Origin: Takakia lepidozioides
Lineage: Eukaryota; Plantae; Bryophyta
Length of the DNA: 64,000 nucleotides
Direction: 5' to 3'
NCBI GenBank assembly: GCA_030704615.1
Contig: CM060731.1
Location: 7,936,001 to 8,000,000 of the forward strand
In this document: positions 62,802-64,000 of the stretch, piece after piece
How positions within the stretch are numbered: the stretch's first letter is position 1
How the letters are laid out: every line of letters starts with the position of its first letter
Program-made: the position numbers and the translations under genes
The notes under the pieces: generated by a model
The model's database searches: none
What the model was told of the DNA's origin: nothing
Seen by the model: the letters and a program-made list of their open reading frames with translations, nothing else

Positions 62802-64000
62802 ATGCCGCCTGAAGGGCGTGGCTCTCCTGAGAGAGACCTCACATCCAGACCGCGGCGGAAGTTGAAAGCTCTGTACTACGGACGACGGCCAATCTCTCGC
62901 ATGGCCAAACTGAAGCTCCAGCAGGAGATTCCAGTGTCTTGCTCACAACCTGCGCCAACTGAAGCCGAGTACTCTCAGGCAAGCCACTTCTGCTTTCGGT
63001 TTGTTCGATTTATTTTTTGCTTTCGCTTTGTTTTTGCATCTTCATCCTGGCTTTGCTGTATGAGTGAACTTTAGATAGTTGAGTGAACCTTAGATTGTTT
63101 GCAATGCGTGTGCAAATCCGGCAGCTCTGGAGAAGGCTGCTTGTGCATGTCATTCTTAGGCAATTGTTGCATTTGTTTTCATTGTTGTTGCATGGCTCTC
63201 CATACTTCCTAAACTTGTTATGTTTTCATTTTTGCTACATGATTGTTGCTATGGTGGTTGCGCTGCTCGTTGCGATGCTGCTTTTTGCACCGATGTTGGT
63301 TTTCACGATTTTTGTCAATGACAGAGTGACGACGAGCCCGGCACGCTGGTGGAATCATCAACAGCTCCAACTCATCGCATGTTTGAATCGCCCAACTTGG
63401 GGCGAGAGGGCAAACTTAAACCTTTTGTTGGTGGACGGGAGGACTTGCAACGAGATTACGACAGAGTAGGCATTGGGGAGGTTGGTGCAGGCGGCATGGC
63501 AGGTGAAGGGCGTGAGGACATGAGGACAGCAGATCCGGCAATGGAGGTTGTTCATGCACATGCAGTAGGGCCCGCCCACGCAAAGAAAAAGAAGAAAGCT
63601 AAGCACATGCAATCCCCGGCGAGAGAGCAGTCACGGGCTGCGGAGGGGGGAGTGAGCAGTGCGCGCGAGGGTGTCAGTTCGCCTCAATCAAAGGTGGTCG
63701 TCTTGGAGGGCTCCCCTGCTGCTAGCCCTAGTAAGAAACAGAAAGCCCGTGAGAGGGCAAAAGAGAGGGCAAAAGAACAGACGAGACAGAATGCTAGCCA
63801 GGAGGAAAGACAAAAGGCAGCTGAAGAGGCCAGGGGTGCCCAAATGACAGATGCCAATGTAAGCGAGGGACCCACAGAGACGGTGGATCCCTACAAGACA
63901 CCACAGAGAGGCAGTAGCACACCGGTTAGACCATCGCGGGCAAGAGCAGCCCCCGCAATTACCCATACGGTGGAGAGTGGAGGAGAGGAAAGAACACCTG
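62802..64000 (+). CDS. 5' part of the ParB-MTase-like gene in copy 4 (exon 1, GC-AG intron, open exon 2)
   Basis: Homologous to 31382-32580; it lacks the extra G seen at ~32222-32231 in copy 1, so it reads AAEGGVSS in frame. Confidence 0.7.

Larger units (their letters stand above)
57979..64000 (+). mobile_element. MULE copy 4 (runs off the window), lacking the central repeat array
   Basis: Left TIR GAGGTTTGC at 57979; near-identical to copy 1; deletion junction AGTC|AATTAC at 62564/62565. Confidence 0.93.

Overview
Eukaryotic, land-plant-like repeat DNA with no recognisable host gene and two 500-N gaps. The window is a nest of transposons. (1) A Ty3/Gypsy non-chromoviral LTR family with a tRNA-Arg-like PBS, an extra ORF 5' of gag and extra ORFs 3' of integrase. 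It is present as element A (LTRs 7464-8515 and 40147-41087, TSD GCTGG, 5' half flipped by a ~5.9-kb inversion), element B (12215-21832, TSD TCTTG, gag/protease deleted), element C (55393-57978, partial) and a fragment at 1-1288. An unrelated 728-bp solo LTR is also present. (2) Four copies of a 13.7-kb Mutator-like DNA transposon (complete copy 24502-38231, short TIRs, 8-bp TSD CAAGAAGT). It encodes a spliced GCM-like/MULE/SWIM transposase and, divergently, a multi-exon gene that fuses a ParB/Sulfiredoxin-like domain (WDGNHR) to a beta-class N6-adenine/N4-cytosine DNA-methyltransferase-like domain (DxILLDIPDG ... ILDLTCGTG ... R.VFAFE). Three non-coding compartments of this element carry arrays built on one palindrome, GGAAATTCGGCGCCGAATTTCC. 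The best candidate for an undescribed system is this combination of transposon, ParB-MTase cargo and parS-like palindrome arrays, possibly a self-marking or anti-silencing module. A diverged relative of the ParB gene lies at 1950-3228 and 9064-9110. All calls are by eye from the sequence and ORF track; no database search was run.
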